Shown in pieces: positions 1 to 9,926 of a stretch of DNA of 64,000 nucleotides (its first letter is position 1; each line of letters opens with the position of its first letter). The DNA is taken from NCBI GenBank assembly GCA_035552975.1, contig DATNEN010000137.1, positions 159 to 64,158 of the forward strand. Direction: 5' to 3'. The position numbers and the translations under genes are program-made. The DNA is from Steroidobacteraceae bacterium. GTDB taxonomy: Bacteria > Pseudomonadota > Gammaproteobacteria > Steroidobacterales > Steroidobacteraceae. Below the pieces are notes generated by a model. That model had not been told where the DNA came from. It saw only the letters and a program-made list of their open reading frames with translations, and made no database searches.

Positions 1-1136
1 TCATCGGGTGGAGCGAGCAGCAATACAGCTACATCGTAGACGCGTTCCAGGCGGCCTACGCGATCGGGATGCTGTGCGCTGGCGCAGTGATCGATCGAAT
101 AGGCACGCGCATCGGGTACGCGCTCGCGATCTGCATCTGGAGCGTCGCTGCGATGAGCCACTCGCTGGTGCGCACGGTGCTCGGGTTCGCGCTCGCTCGT
201 TTTTTCCTGGGGCTCGGGGAGTCGGGTAACTTTCCGGCCGCCATCAAGACGGTGGCGGAATGGTTTCCCCATCGCGAGCGGGCCCTGGCCACCGGCATTT
301 TCAACGCCGGGTCGAATATCGGGGCCATCGTGGCGCCGCTGGTGGTTCCGTGGGTCACGGTGACCTGGGGTTGGCCGTATGCCTTCGTGTTCACCGGTGT
401 GCTCAGCGCCACCTGGCTCGTCATATGGCTGACGACCTATCGCACTCCCGAGCGCCATCCACGGGTCTCAGCGCAGGAGCTCGCCTTCATTCGCAGCGAC
501 CCGGCCGAAGCGCGGGAGAAAATCCCGTGGGTGCGCCTGCTCGGGGTCCGGCAGACCTGGGCGTTCGCCGTCTCCAAGCTGCTGACCGATCCGATCTGGT
601 GGTTCTACCTGTTCTGGCTGCCGAAGTTCCTCCACACCCAATATGGATTGAGTCTGACGGAGCTCGGGCCGCCCCTGATCGCGATCTACCTGATGTCGGA
701 CGCCGGCAGCATCGCCGGAGGGTGGATCGCAGGACGGTTCATCAGGCGCGGCTGGTCGGTCAACCGGGCGCGCAAGAGCGCGATGCTCATCTGCGCGCTC
801 GCGGTGGTTCCGATCGTCATCGTCCCGGGGCTCCACGATCAGTGGGCTGCGGTCGCCCTGTTGGGTCTCGCCACGGCGGGACACCAGGGTTGGTCTGCCA
901 ACGTCTTCACGCTCACTTCGGACATGTTTCCGACGCGCGCCGTCGGGTCGGTGGTCGGCCTGGGCGGATTCGCGGGGGCAGTGGGTGGAGTGTGCGTCTC
1001 GACCGTGGTCGGATTTCTGTTGCAGACCACCGGTAGCTACATTCCGGTGTTCATCATGGCCGGCTCGGCATACCTGCTGGCCCTCGCCATCATTCACGGC
1101 CTCAGTCCGCGCCTGGAGCCGGCGCAATTGATATGA
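1..1136 (+). CDS. exuT: MFS hexuronate/sugar-acid transporter (ExuT-like); 5' end lies outside the window
   Basis: The frame of ORF 69..1136 stays open back to nt 3 (IGWSEQQYSYIVDAFQAAYAIG...). Multi-TM MFS pattern with GESGNFPAAIKTVAEWFP and FNAGSNIGA motifs typical of ExuT-type transporters. Sits in a uronate/xylan gene context. Confidence 0.8.
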   Translation, partial: IGWSEQQYSYIVDAFQAAYAIGMLCAGAVIDRIGTRIGYALAICIWSVAAMSHSLVRTVLGFALARFFLGLGESGNFPAAIKTVAEWFPHRERALATGIFNAGSNIGAIVAPLVVPWVTVTWGWPYAFVFTGVLSATWLVIWLTTYRTPERHPRVSAQELAFIRSDPAEAREKIPWVRLLGVRQTWAFAVSKLLTDPIWWFYLFWLPKFLHTQYGLSLTELGPPLIAIYLMSDAGSIAGGWIAGRFIRRGWSVNRARKSAMLICALAVVPIVIVPGLHDQWAAVALLGLATAGHQGWSANVFTLTSDMFPTRAVGSVVGLGGFAGAVGGVCVSTVVGFLLQTTGSYIPVFIMAGSAYLLALAIIHGLSPRLEPAQLI

Positions 1137-1138
1137 CC

Positions 1139-2860
1139 TCATTCGGCGCGGGCGCAGGGGCCGACGACGGTGCCCACGAAGCCTCCGGCAACGTCGGTGC
1201 TCAGGAAGGAGCCGTCATCGTTGTCCTTGAAAGACTTCCAGCCGCCCCGGTCCTCGTCGTAGAAGAACGAGTAGCGGCCGGCGTTTGCGCTGATGCGCAG
1301 CTTGATGAGATTGCGCGGCTTGAGCGCCATCTGGCCCAGCGTCTGCGTCTCCTGGCCGCTTTTTCGTTCAAGGAACAGTTGCGGACCGGCGTCCGTGTGG
1401 CGTACGCCGAAGAAGTACCAGAACTTCTCGTTCTGAAACGCCGCCAGCCCGGCTGCCACGCCTGCGGATGTGGGCAGCTCGAGCGAGGTGCTGGCATCGA
1501 ACGAAAGGTGTTGCTGCCGGCGTGCGAGGAACGAGGGGTTGCCCAACGCGTCGAGCGACGCCTGCTGCGGATGAATCGTCAGCCAGCCAGGCCGGCTGCG
1601 CAGATCGACCCAGGGCGCCTTCTCGTCCGGAACCCGTACGTACAGCCACTCCGGCCGCACCGTACCGGAGTCGAAGTCGTCGCGCCACGTGAAGTTCCCT
1701 GTCGTCGGAGGCGCGTTGGGCTCCTCGTTGGGAAGGGCGGGGGCGTTTGCGATGTAAGGGATCGTTTTATGGTGATCCAGGATCACCGGCCAGCCGTGTC
1801 GCCATTGCACCCGGAGGAGGTAGGTCTCCCGCCCCGTGTTGTAATGGACCTTGCCGTAGACACGCGAGGCCAGGAACACGGCCCACCAGGTGCCGTCGGG
1901 GGCCTCGACCAGATCGGCATGACCCGCGTTTGCGATCGGGTCGGGGCGATCGGGCGGCAGGTCGCGTTGTGTGAGTATCGGATTGCCGGCGTACGGCTCG
2001 AACGGTCCCCACGGCGAACGACTGCGCAACACCACTTCCGAGTGCTGCGTGCTCGTGCCGCCTTCGGCGCACATCAGGTAATACCACCCAGCATGGCGAT
2101 ACAGGTGCGGTCCTTCGATCCAGATGGGCTTCTTCGCGAAGTCGACACCGCCGTTGACCAGCACCTTGCGGGGACCGAAGAGCTTGTGAGCCGTGAGGTC
2201 GATCTGCTGGATCCAGATCGCGCGATGCCCTTCGTACAGAGCGTGGGCGACAGTCCCTTGCCCGCCGATCCCTCCGGGATTGCCGGGCGGCGGCCCATTG
2301 TTCAACACGTAGGTCTTGCCATCTTCGTCGAAGAACAACGACGGGTCGATGGCGCCCTCGAGCTGCGGGAGCCAGATCGGATCGGACCACGGCCCGGCCG
2401 GATTGCTCGTCGTCGAGATGAAGTTGCCACCGGAGTCTTCCGCGGTGTTGATGACGTAGAACACACCTGTGTGAAACGAGATCGCCGGGGCGAACACGCC
2501 TCGCGAGACGCTCAGTCCGTTGAATTTGAGCTCACCCGGGCGGTCGATGACGTTGCCGATCTGGCGCCAATGCACGAGGTCGCTGCTTTCGAACACAGGG
2601 ATGCCCGGAAAGTAGGTGAACGTGGAGTTGACCAGGAAGAAGCGCTTGCCCGCGCGCGTGAGGCTCGGATCCGGGTAGAAGCCGGCAAGAATGGGATTGC
2701 GGTAGCTGCCGTGCGGGAGCGGGTCGGAGAACACGGCGTCGTGGCCTGTGTATTCGAACCAGTCGAAGGCGACGGCGGGCGCTTGCGCCCAGGCGGCGAA
2801 GGGGACGAGGATCAGCGCGGCGGCTGCACTCGTAGCTCGGATTATCTTTTGTAGGAGCAT
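1139..2860 (-). CDS. Secreted glycoside hydrolase family 43 (beta-xylosidase/alpha-L-arabinofuranosidase-like)
   Basis: 573-aa ORF with an N-terminal signal peptide (…[11 protein letters not shown]). Carries the GH43 five-bladed propeller hallmarks ([26 protein letters not shown]-like IEGPHLYRH). Lies next to GH67 and ManD. Confidence 0.8.
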   Translation of the reverse strand: MLLQKIIRATSAAAALILVPFAAWAQAPAVAFDWFEYTGHDAVFSDPLPHGSYRNPILAGFYPDPSLTRAGKRFFLVNSTFTYFPGIPVFESSDLVHWRQIGNVIDRPGELKFNGLSVSRGVFAPAISFHTGVFYVINTAEDSGGNFISTTSNPAGPWSDPIWLPQLEGAIDPSLFFDEDGKTYVLNNGPPPGNPGGIGGQGTVAHALYEGHRAIWIQQIDLTAHKLFGPRKVLVNGGVDFAKKPIWIEGPHLYRHAGWYYLMCAEGGTSTQHSEVVLRSRSPWGPFEPYAGNPILTQRDLPPDRPDPIANAGHADLVEAPDGTWWAVFLASRVYGKVHYNTGRETYLLRVQWRHGWPVILDHHKTIPYIANAPALPNEEPNAPPTTGNFTWRDDFDSGTVRPEWLYVRVPDEKAPWVDLRSRPGWLTIHPQQASLDALGNPSFLARRQQHLSFDASTSLELPTSAGVAAGLAAFQNEKFWYFFGVRHTDAGPQLFLERKSGQETQTLGQMALKPRNLIKLRISANAGRYSFFYDEDRGGWKSFKDNDDGSFLSTDVAGGFVGTVVGPCARAE

Positions 2861-2865
2861 GGGGA

Positions 2866-4104
2866 ATGGCTGAGACGCAAGGTTCGAGACGCGACCGTAC
2901 GATTACAGCGGCCAAGGTGATTGTCACCTGTCCCGGGCGCAATTTCGTCACGTTGAAGATCGAGACGCGCTCGGGCGTATACGGTCTCGGCGATGCCACC
3001 CTCAACGGTCGCGAGCTGGCGGTTGCCGCTTACTTGCAGGAGCACGTGGTTCCCAATCTCATCGGCCGCGATGCGGGACGCATCGAAGATACGTGGCAGT
3101 TCCTGTATCGCGGTGCGTATTGGCGTCGCGGCCCGGTGACCATGACGGCCATTGCCGCGGTCGATGTCGCGCTGTGGGACATTGTGGCGAAGCTTGCGGA
3201 CATGCCCTTGTACCAGATGCTCGGAGGCCGCTCGCGAGAGGGCGCACTGGTCTACGGTCACGCAAATGGCAAGGACATAGACGAGGCCAGTGCCGAGGTC
3301 GGGCGTTACATTCAAATGGGCTACAAGGCGGTTCGTGTCCAGAGCGGCGTCCCGGGAGTGAAGAAGCCATACGGTGTCTCCAGCACCAAGAACGCTTACG
3401 AGCCTGCGGAAAGCGCTTTGCCGCTGGAGACCGAGTGGTCGACGCCCCAGTATCTGCTTACCGTTCCGAAGCTGTTCGAGAAGTTGCGCGCCGATCACGG
3501 GCCGGACGTCGAGCTGCTGCACGACGTGCATCACCGGCTCACGCCCACGGAAGCCGCGCGCCTGGCCCGCGACCTGGAGCCCTATCGCCTGTTCTGGCTC
3601 GAGGATGCCACGCCTGCCGAGAATCAGCAGTCGTTCGAGATGATTCGCAAGCACTCGGTGACTCCGCTGGCCGTCGGGGAGGTCTTCAACTCCCTGTGGG
3701 ATTGCAAGCAGCTCATCGAAAGGCAGCTGATCGACTACCTGCGCACGACGATCGTGCATGCAGGTGGAATCACGCACGTGCGCCGGATCGCTGACTTCGC
3801 CGCGCTCTATCAGGTGCGCACCGGGTTTCACGGCGCGACGGACCTGTCGCCGGTGTGCATGGGCGCGGCGCTGCATTTCGATACGTGGGTCCCCAACTTC
3901 GGCATCCAGGAGTACATGCACCACACGCCGCAAACCTCGGAGGTTTTCCCGAGCGACTATGTGTTTCGCGACGGGCGCCTGCACTGCGGCGAGTCCCCCG
4001 GCCACGGCGTCACGCTGGACGAGGGACTCGCGGCCCGCTATCCCTATTCGCCGAAGCAGTTGCCCATCGCGCGCTTGACCGATGGCACCATGTGGGACTG
4101 GTAG
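2866..4104 (+). CDS. manD: D-mannonate dehydratase, enolase-superfamily type (ManD)
   Basis: 412 aa. The N-terminus [45 protein letters not shown] and [12 protein letters not shown] are near-identical to characterised ManD proteins. An AGGAG Shine-Dalgarno lies 8 nt upstream of the ATG. Confidence 0.85.
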   Translation: MAETQGSRRDRTITAAKVIVTCPGRNFVTLKIETRSGVYGLGDATLNGRELAVAAYLQEHVVPNLIGRDAGRIEDTWQFLYRGAYWRRGPVTMTAIAAVDVALWDIVAKLADMPLYQMLGGRSREGALVYGHANGKDIDEASAEVGRYIQMGYKAVRVQSGVPGVKKPYGVSSTKNAYEPAESALPLETEWSTPQYLLTVPKLFEKLRADHGPDVELLHDVHHRLTPTEAARLARDLEPYRLFWLEDATPAENQQSFEMIRKHSVTPLAVGEVFNSLWDCKQLIERQLIDYLRTTIVHAGGITHVRRIADFAALYQVRTGFHGATDLSPVCMGAALHFDTWVPNFGIQEYMHHTPQTSEVFPSDYVFRDGRLHCGESPGHGVTLDEGLAARYPYSPKQLPIARLTDGTMWDW

Positions 4105-4172
4105 TCACTGACGCCTGCGCTGTGCGGCCCGCGCGTTCCATTGACGCCGGCAAACGCGGCACGCTCGGGTAG

Positions 4173-6359
4173 TCATTTCCGGGTGCAGCGCGGCGCGTTC
4201 GGGTCTCCGGGGACGTACGGAATGCAGACCGACTCGTAGAACTGCAGCGAGTGCTCCGGCGGCTCGGAGCCTGGCGGAAGTGGGCGCTTCGAGAAGCTCT
4301 GGAAGTAGGCGATGCTCGCGTTCCGCCACCACTTCGCATCCCGCTCCTGCTCTTCGAGGAACGCGCTCACCTGGGCGAAACGCTCAGGGTCGACGTACGA
4401 GGAGAGTCCCGCCCAGGTTTTCCGCATCTGCTGCACCGTGCGCACACCCTGGTCATAGTGCTCGACCAGCTCGATCCACAGCGTCTTGCCGGAGGGCATC
4501 TTGTAGTCCCAGGGCACGTGATGGAACCACAGCAGATATTTCTCGGGTGTCGTCTGCAGGTTCTCGAGCATGGCGGCCACGGGCGGTGCGTACTGACTGA
4601 CGGCATTGCTTCCACTCGATGTCCGATCGAATCCGATGCCCTCGGCATTCGCCCGGTGAAAATACACGGGAGTCTGGTCTGCACGCTTGCCGCTGGCGTC
4701 CCAGGGTGCGGGGCCATAGTGATGACCGTGCGCCATCAGGTGAGCGAGCCCGAGTGCGCCGGTGTAGTCGACGACGGCTTCGCGCGAGCCCATCATCATC
4801 GCGACCACCGGCTGCACGAACGCGGGGTCGTTCGAGAACGTCATGCGCACCCAGTCTGCGGCGATCGATCGCGCCTCCAGGTCCGGGTCCCACGCCAGCC
4901 GGCCGAATGCGTACCAGTTGGCCTGATCGAAGTGTGAGCCGCACCAGTTGCGGTCGGCCCCGACGTTGGCGACTCCGGCGATGCCGGTCTGCCGGTATCC
5001 CTGCAGCGACCCATCGATGACCTTGGCGACCGTAGATCCCTTGCCTGCCGCGTAGGTGTCCGTCTGCAGCGCTTCCTGCCACATCGTGCCCAGGTAGGCG
5101 AGGTTGGTGTTGAGGCCGAGGTATTCCTTGGTGATCTGCACTTCCAGCATCAGCGGCGTTCCGGGCATTGCGCCGAACAGCGGATGCACCGGCTCACGCG
5201 GCTGGAAATCGAGCGGCCCGTTCTTCACCTGCAGCAGCACGTTGGGGCGGAACTTGCCATCGAGCGGCTTGAACTCGGTGTAGGCCTGCTTGACGCGGTC
5301 GTTCTTGTCGTTCTGTGAATACACGAACGCGCGCCACATGATGAGGCCGCCGTGCGGCGCCACGGCGTCCGCCATCATGTTGGCGCCGTCGGCATGCGTA
5401 CGATGGTAGTCCTGCGGCCCCGGCTGCCCTTCGGAGTTGGCCTTGACCAGGAAGCCGCCGAAATCGGGGATGAGGCGGTAGATCTCGTCGGCCTTGGCGC
5501 GCCACCAGGCCGCAACGGCCGCGTTGAGAGGATCGGCTGTCTTGAGGCTGCTGATCTCCACCGGCGAGCTGAAGCGGGCGCTCAGGTACACGCGGATGCC
5601 GTAGGGCCTGAACACCTTTGCAAGCGCTGCGACCTTGTCCAGATAGAGCGGCGTCAGAACTACGGCACTGGCGTTCACGTTGTCGAGCACGACACCGTTG
5701 ATGCCGAGCGAGGCGCAGGCGCGCGCATAGTCGGTGTAGCGGGGATCGAGGTACTGCGGCAGCGTGAACCAACGCCAGATGGACGCACCGGCATAGCCAC
5801 GCTCGACCGAGCCGTCCAGGTTGTCCCAATGATCGAGAATGCGGTGTTGGATGCGCGGCGCAGAGGAGATGTTCAGCTGCTCCAGCGATTGGCGCGTCTG
5901 CATGAGGCGAAGGAAGTGGAACACGCCATACAGCACGCCGATGTCCTGGTTCGCGGCGATCACCGTTGCCGCATGTCCGCCGATCGCGACCGAGCGGATG
6001 AGATAGCCTTCAGGGCCTGCGCCCGTCAGGTCCAGATGCAGGTTGGCCACGGCAGGCGAGGATTTCGGTGTGCCGAACACGATCGCGCCGTCCTGCGTCA
6101 CATCGGGGTCGATCGGTGGGGGGAAACCCAACAGTCCGCCCAGTCCGCGTACCAGCTCAGCCTGCGCCGCTCGCAGCGTAGCGGAGTCCGTGGCAGGCAC
6201 GATCTGCGCCGCGGCGGCGCGGTAAGGGCCTATCCACTGGTCCTCGACCGAGTGATAACGCAGCCACAGCTCATAGCCGTCCTCGGCCACGGCCCAAGGG
6301 CTCACGATTGCAGCAGCGCACGCCATCACGGCTAGGGCGAGCACTCGGACGATCGGCAT
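4173..6359 (-). CDS. aguA: alpha-glucuronidase, glycoside hydrolase family 67
   Basis: 728 aa with a signal peptide followed by the EDGYELWLRY motif. Full-length GH67 pattern (…HWDNLDGSVERGYAG…, QITKEYLG). Confidence 0.9.
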   Translation of the reverse strand: MPIVRVLALAVMACAAAIVSPWAVAEDGYELWLRYHSVEDQWIGPYRAAAAQIVPATDSATLRAAQAELVRGLGGLLGFPPPIDPDVTQDGAIVFGTPKSSPAVANLHLDLTGAGPEGYLIRSVAIGGHAATVIAANQDIGVLYGVFHFLRLMQTRQSLEQLNISSAPRIQHRILDHWDNLDGSVERGYAGASIWRWFTLPQYLDPRYTDYARACASLGINGVVLDNVNASAVVLTPLYLDKVAALAKVFRPYGIRVYLSARFSSPVEISSLKTADPLNAAVAAWWRAKADEIYRLIPDFGGFLVKANSEGQPGPQDYHRTHADGANMMADAVAPHGGLIMWRAFVYSQNDKNDRVKQAYTEFKPLDGKFRPNVLLQVKNGPLDFQPREPVHPLFGAMPGTPLMLEVQITKEYLGLNTNLAYLGTMWQEALQTDTYAAGKGSTVAKVIDGSLQGYRQTGIAGVANVGADRNWCGSHFDQANWYAFGRLAWDPDLEARSIAADWVRMTFSNDPAFVQPVVAMMMGSREAVVDYTGALGLAHLMAHGHHYGPAPWDASGKRADQTPVYFHRANAEGIGFDRTSSGSNAVSQYAPPVAAMLENLQTTPEKYLLWFHHVPWDYKMPSGKTLWIELVEHYDQGVRTVQQMRKTWAGLSSYVDPERFAQVSAFLEEQERDAKWWRNASIAYFQSFSKRPLPPGSEPPEHSLQFYESVCIPYVPGDPNAPRCTRK

Positions 6360-6399
6360 GCGCGTTCCTTCGTTGGGCGAACCGCGGGATCAGGCTACA

Positions 6400-6413
6400 T
6401 GGTAGCGCTACCA
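6400..6413. promoter_or_regulatory. Perfect 14-bp palindrome TGGTAGCGCTACCA; candidate LacI-family (XylR-type 'xyl-box') operator upstream of aguA
   Basis: Read directly from the sequence, 41-54 nt upstream of the aguA ATG (6359, minus strand). From memory it is identical to the xyl-box operator described for Xanthomonas XylR. It is the only copy in the window. Confidence 0.5.
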
Positions 6414-6516
6414 GCCGGGCGGGTGTAAGGGTTCGTAGGATGCGCGCTGCGCAGGCGTCGGGCCAGGCGCAGCGGTGCGCGGCTGGCGTCGCGGAGGTGC
6501 AAGGGCCAGAAGCAGC

Positions 6517-6640
6517 GGCGTCGGTGCGAGGGCCAGGCGTGACGGCGTCGGTGCATGGCCCGGCGTGGCGGCGTCGGTGCATGGCCCGGCGTGGCGTCGG
6601 TGCATCCCCGGCGTGGCGTCGGTGCGCGGTTCGGCGGGCC
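6517..6640. repeat. Imperfect head-to-tail tandem repeat, 5 units of 22-27 bp (core GGCGTCGGTGC[A/G]…GGCCCGGCGT)
   Basis: The core GGCGTCGGTGC recurs at 6517, 6544, 6570, 6593 and 6615 (spacings 27, 26, 23, 22). It is intergenic, between the GGDEF-EAL stop (6644) and the aguA promoter region. Confidence 0.8.
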
Positions 6641-6643
6641 GGG

Positions 6644-9373
6644 CTAGTTTGTGGTGCGGCGTCGGCTCGGATTGCCGACAAAGATCAGCGAGCTGGCCGA
6701 CGTGTCGCCGTCGGGCTTTCTCGCCGCTGCATCGAGGATGCTGCGCGCGCGGTCGCGCGCGGCCTCCGATTCGGCCGCCGCCTTGTCGGCCTCGACTGGG
6801 TAGGCGAGCAGGTAGCCCTGCACACCGAGCGGCCCGCAGTTGGAGAGGAACTCCAGTTGCGCCGGACGCTCCACGCCCTCGGCGACCACCTGCAGCCCCA
6901 GTCCATGGCACAGCGCGACGATGGATCGCACGATGGCGGCCGAGCGGGGATTGGAGTCGACCCCTTCGATGAGCAGCCTGTCGAGCTTCACTCGCGTGAT
7001 GGGCAGCTGCTCGAGCGAGGTCAGCGAGGAATAGCCGATGCCGAAGTCATCGAGTGCGATCGAGACGCCCATCTCCCGCAGCCGGCGCAGCGACTCGATC
7101 GTCTGCGCGCCGGTCTGAAACACGGTCTCGGTGATCTCCAGCTCCAGGGCGCTGGCGGGCAGTCCGGTCACCTCGAGCGCCTTGGCGATGTTGTCGACGA
7201 AGCCGCGCTCGAAGAATTGCGGCGGGGACACGTTGATCGCCACGCACGCGCGGTGCCAGCCCTGCGCCCGCCATGCGGCGGCGGTCGAGGTCGCCGAGCG
7301 CAGCACCCAGTCGGTGAGCTCGTGAATGAGGCCGCTCTTCTCGGCGATGTGGATGAATTCGGTGGCCGTGGCGATGCGCCCGTCGGACTTGCGCCAGCGC
7401 AGCAGCGCCTCCAGGCCCGTGACCTCGAAGGTGTGCAGCGCCACCTGCGGTTGGAACGTCAGCAGCAGGTCGCCGGCCTCGACCGCCCTGCGCAGCGACT
7501 GCTCGAGCCGGAAGCGTTGTGCGGCGGCGTCATACAGGGCTGGCCGGTACATGGCGAAGCGGTTGCGCCCGAGCTCCTTGGCGCTGAACAGGGCTACGTC
7601 CGCCGCGCGCAGCAGCGCTTCTGCGGATTCGGCATGGTCGGGAAACAGGCTGGCACCGACGCTGGCGCTGGTCGTGAGCAGGCGACCGTCGATGACCAGG
7701 GGCTGCTGGAACGCAATGACGATCTCGGCGGATTTCGCCTCGACGTCCGCGACCGTATCGACGTTCTCGAGCAGCATCGTGAACTCGTCGCCGCCGAGCC
7801 TCGCCAGCAGGCCGTTGTCGCCGACGGTCTGATGCAGGCGCTCGGCAATGCCCTGCAGCACACGGTCTCCGAAGCTGTGCCCCAGCGTATCGTTGATCGA
7901 TTTGAAGTTATCGACGTCGAGGAACAGGAGCGCGACGCGCCGCCCGGTCGAGGAGGCGCGCGTCAAAGCCTCACTCAGGCGCGCCGACAGCTGCCGGCGG
8001 TTCGGGAGCTGCGTCAACGGGTCGTGGTGAGCCAGGTGGTGCAGCTGGCGCGTGCGCTCGGCAACATGCCTCTCGAGCTCGGCCTGGTGGGCGCGCAACG
8101 CTCCCTCGGCGCCCGAGATCTGATCCGCCATGGCGTTGAAGGATTTGGCCAACATGTCGAGCTCGGCGACTCCGCCGCCTGGAGCGCGCGCAGTGCGGTT
8201 GCCGGAGGCGAGCTCGCGAGTCGCGCTGATGAGCCGCCGAACGGGAAGGCTGATGCTCAGGGCCAGCAGCACCGAGACGAGCAGGGCGACGGCAATCGCG
8301 GCTGCGCCGGTGATCGTCAGCGTGCGCTGAGCCACCTCTGCCGCGGAAGCGGCGCGGGCCGCGGCACTGAGCAGATCGCGGCGTGCAGGCTCCTGGAACT
8401 GCTCTTCCACGCCCGCAATGAGCGGAGCGCTCTCCTCGAGAAAGTCCCGCCGCACCTGTCCGGTGGTGGAGTCGAATTTCTCGATGGCCCGGCGCGCGCG
8501 CACGGCCTGCTTGAAATCCTGCCGCAGCAGATCGAGCCAGGTCTTGCCGGGTGAGCGCAGCAGCTCCGCCGTGTGTGCGCTGAGGGCCGACTCGAACTCC
8601 TGCTCATGCTGCACGACTGTGGCCGGTGTGCCCGGATCTCCGCGCACCTCGTTGATGGCGTTCGCGAGCTCTGACAGCGAGCGCATCGCGATGACCTGAT
8701 TGCCGTTGATGGCCAGGCCCGCGCCGCCGGCCGAGGTGATGCGCTTCTCGACGCGATCGAGGGCGTCGTGGCGGGTCTCCACCCACTGCGCGCGCTGCGA
8801 GGCGCTCTTGGCGATGTCGATGCCGCGATCGATGTGTCTGGAGATCTGTGCCCGCAGCTGCAAGTCGGCAGTAGAGGCTAGCGGGGGGGTGTGTCGGGCG
8901 AAATACGCCGCGACCGCTGCCTCGAGCTCACCGCCCGCGGCCGTGATGGCGTCGAAGGTCGCGGGGCGGGTGGATTGCAGATATTCGGTAACCGCACGGT
9001 CGTAGGCCACGAGCTTGGCGACGACCGCGCTGGCGCTGCGGGCGAGAGGCTCGTGCTCGGTCTGCATGCTGTTGACGGCCTGCACGGCGTTGAACGTCGT
9101 CCTCTGCACCAGCACGTGCCCGAAGACGATGACGGCGGTGATGGCTGCCAGGCCCAATGCCAGACGAGCCCCGATTCCGACGCGCAGCCGCCAGCGACGC
9201 CGATGGGGGGGCGCCGGCTTCTGAGCAGCTGCCGCTACCGCGGCGTTGGCCGGTTCAGTGGGTTCCTGCATACGACATAAGCGTGCCGCCGCGCATCCCG
9301 TGCAGCCAAGCAGGCGTTCAAGTGCCGACTCGGGAGCATGCCCACAGCCGCGCCGCAGTTCCGAGGCCGGCAT
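6644..9373 (-). CDS. Membrane sensor with HAMP, GGDEF (diguanylate cyclase) and EAL (c-di-GMP phosphodiesterase) domains
   Basis: Two TM segments flank a helical periplasmic region. HAMP is followed by RLGGDEF, and by EAL signatures (EALLRW, ELEITE, DDFGIGYSS). The start is uncertain: ATG 9373 or ATG 9271 (MQEPTEP…). Confidence 0.85.
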   Translation of the reverse strand: MPASELRRGCGHAPESALERLLGCTGCAAARLCRMQEPTEPANAAVAAAAQKPAPPHRRRWRLRVGIGARLALGLAAITAVIVFGHVLVQRTTFNAVQAVNSMQTEHEPLARSASAVVAKLVAYDRAVTEYLQSTRPATFDAITAAGGELEAAVAAYFARHTPPLASTADLQLRAQISRHIDRGIDIAKSASQRAQWVETRHDALDRVEKRITSAGGAGLAINGNQVIAMRSLSELANAINEVRGDPGTPATVVQHEQEFESALSAHTAELLRSPGKTWLDLLRQDFKQAVRARRAIEKFDSTTGQVRRDFLEESAPLIAGVEEQFQEPARRDLLSAAARAASAAEVAQRTLTITGAAAIAVALLVSVLLALSISLPVRRLISATRELASGNRTARAPGGGVAELDMLAKSFNAMADQISGAEGALRAHQAELERHVAERTRQLHHLAHHDPLTQLPNRRQLSARLSEALTRASSTGRRVALLFLDVDNFKSINDTLGHSFGDRVLQGIAERLHQTVGDNGLLARLGGDEFTMLLENVDTVADVEAKSAEIVIAFQQPLVIDGRLLTTSASVGASLFPDHAESAEALLRAADVALFSAKELGRNRFAMYRPALYDAAAQRFRLEQSLRRAVEAGDLLLTFQPQVALHTFEVTGLEALLRWRKSDGRIATATEFIHIAEKSGLIHELTDWVLRSATSTAAAWRAQGWHRACVAINVSPPQFFERGFVDNIAKALEVTGLPASALELEITETVFQTGAQTIESLRRLREMGVSIALDDFGIGYSSLTSLEQLPITRVKLDRLLIEGVDSNPRSAAIVRSIVALCHGLGLQVVAEGVERPAQLEFLSNCGPLGVQGYLLAYPVEADKAAAESEAARDRARSILDAAARKPDGDTSASSLIFVGNPSRRRTTN

Positions 9374-9455
9374 CGCATAAAGTGCACGGAAAGCGGCCCA
9401 TCCCCCCGGCCAAACCGCTGTTTTGCCTTATACTGTCCGCATAACGGGGATATTC

Positions 9456-9767
9456 GTGAGCTCGCCCATGACCGAGATCGCCGATACATTCGACTCGGCC
9501 TTCACCAAAGCCGTTGACCTGGGAAATCGGCTCGCGGACAAGGACAAGGACGCCGACCTGTGGGACATCGCCGACGGCCTGCTGGCCGGTGCACTGCAGT
9601 ATTGGCTGTATTCGCGGCAGCCCTGCGGAGATCCGCGCTGCCAGGACTGCATGCCCATCAGCACCGCCGAGGGACGCATGGCGGAGTTGAAGCGCCTCAT
9701 CGAGCAACTCGCCTCCGAGAGCGAGTACTTCCACACTCCGACGGACGCCAACGCCGGGCGCGCCTAG
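9456..9767 (+). CDS. Small hypothetical protein (possibly DUF3144-like)
   Basis: ORF 9423..9767 with good GC3 bias. GTG 9456 is preceded by GGGGA; ATG 9468 is an alternative start. Helical acidic protein (…ADLWDIADGLLAGALQYWLYSRQPCGDPRC…). The family call is from memory only. Confidence 0.45.
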   Translation: MSSPMTEIADTFDSAFTKAVDLGNRLADKDKDADLWDIADGLLAGALQYWLYSRQPCGDPRCQDCMPISTAEGRMAELKRLIEQLASESEYFHTPTDANAGRA

Positions 9768-9774
9768 TCCACTG

Positions 9775-9802
9775 GCGAAAATCGCCTGCGGCCGATTTTC
9801 GC
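9775..9802. terminator. Perfect 10-bp stem / 8-nt loop hairpin between convergent genes
   Basis: GCGAAAATCG-CCTGCGGC-CGATTTTCGC read directly. It lies between the 3' ends of the small ORF (9767) and gabT (9927). There is no clear U-tract, so terminator function is inferred. Confidence 0.3.
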
Positions 9803-9926
9803 GGAGGCGAGGCCCTCAGCAAGTCCAAGCGGCCGGCGAAAAACGTGGTTTTCGACGGCGTGCCAATCCTCCGCGGCGCTTTTGCGCGGGCAAAGGGCCT
9901 GGTTCTTGCCGGGTGCTCAGTGCCAC

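Noticed and set aside
1133-2854. Long opposite-strand ORFs mirroring real genes: 1133..2854, 2842..4005, 6308..8554, 13894..14976, 16516..17883, 20022..21404, 21143..22387, 32410..33690, 35730..36968, 40781..41839, 45234..46349, 57774..58895, 60881..62995
   Set aside because: The explanation is largely the same as above. For the pairs whose frame I checked (for example 1133 versus 1139 and 6308 versus 6644), they are codon-aligned shadows of genes with clear homology. All of them have Arg/Ala/Gly/Pro-rich, low-information translations and no recognisable domains.
6517-6640. Possible CRISPR array
   Set aside because: The repeats are directly contiguous with no unique spacers, the unit length drifts from 27 to 22 bp, and no cas genes are nearby. 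It is reported as a plain tandem repeat.
9423-9455. TTG 9423 as the start of the small ORF
   Set aside because: No Shine-Dalgarno precedes it, and the first 11 residues (PYTVRITGIFV) look non-native. GTG 9456 has a GGGGA 5 nt upstream. ATG 9468 remains an alternative.
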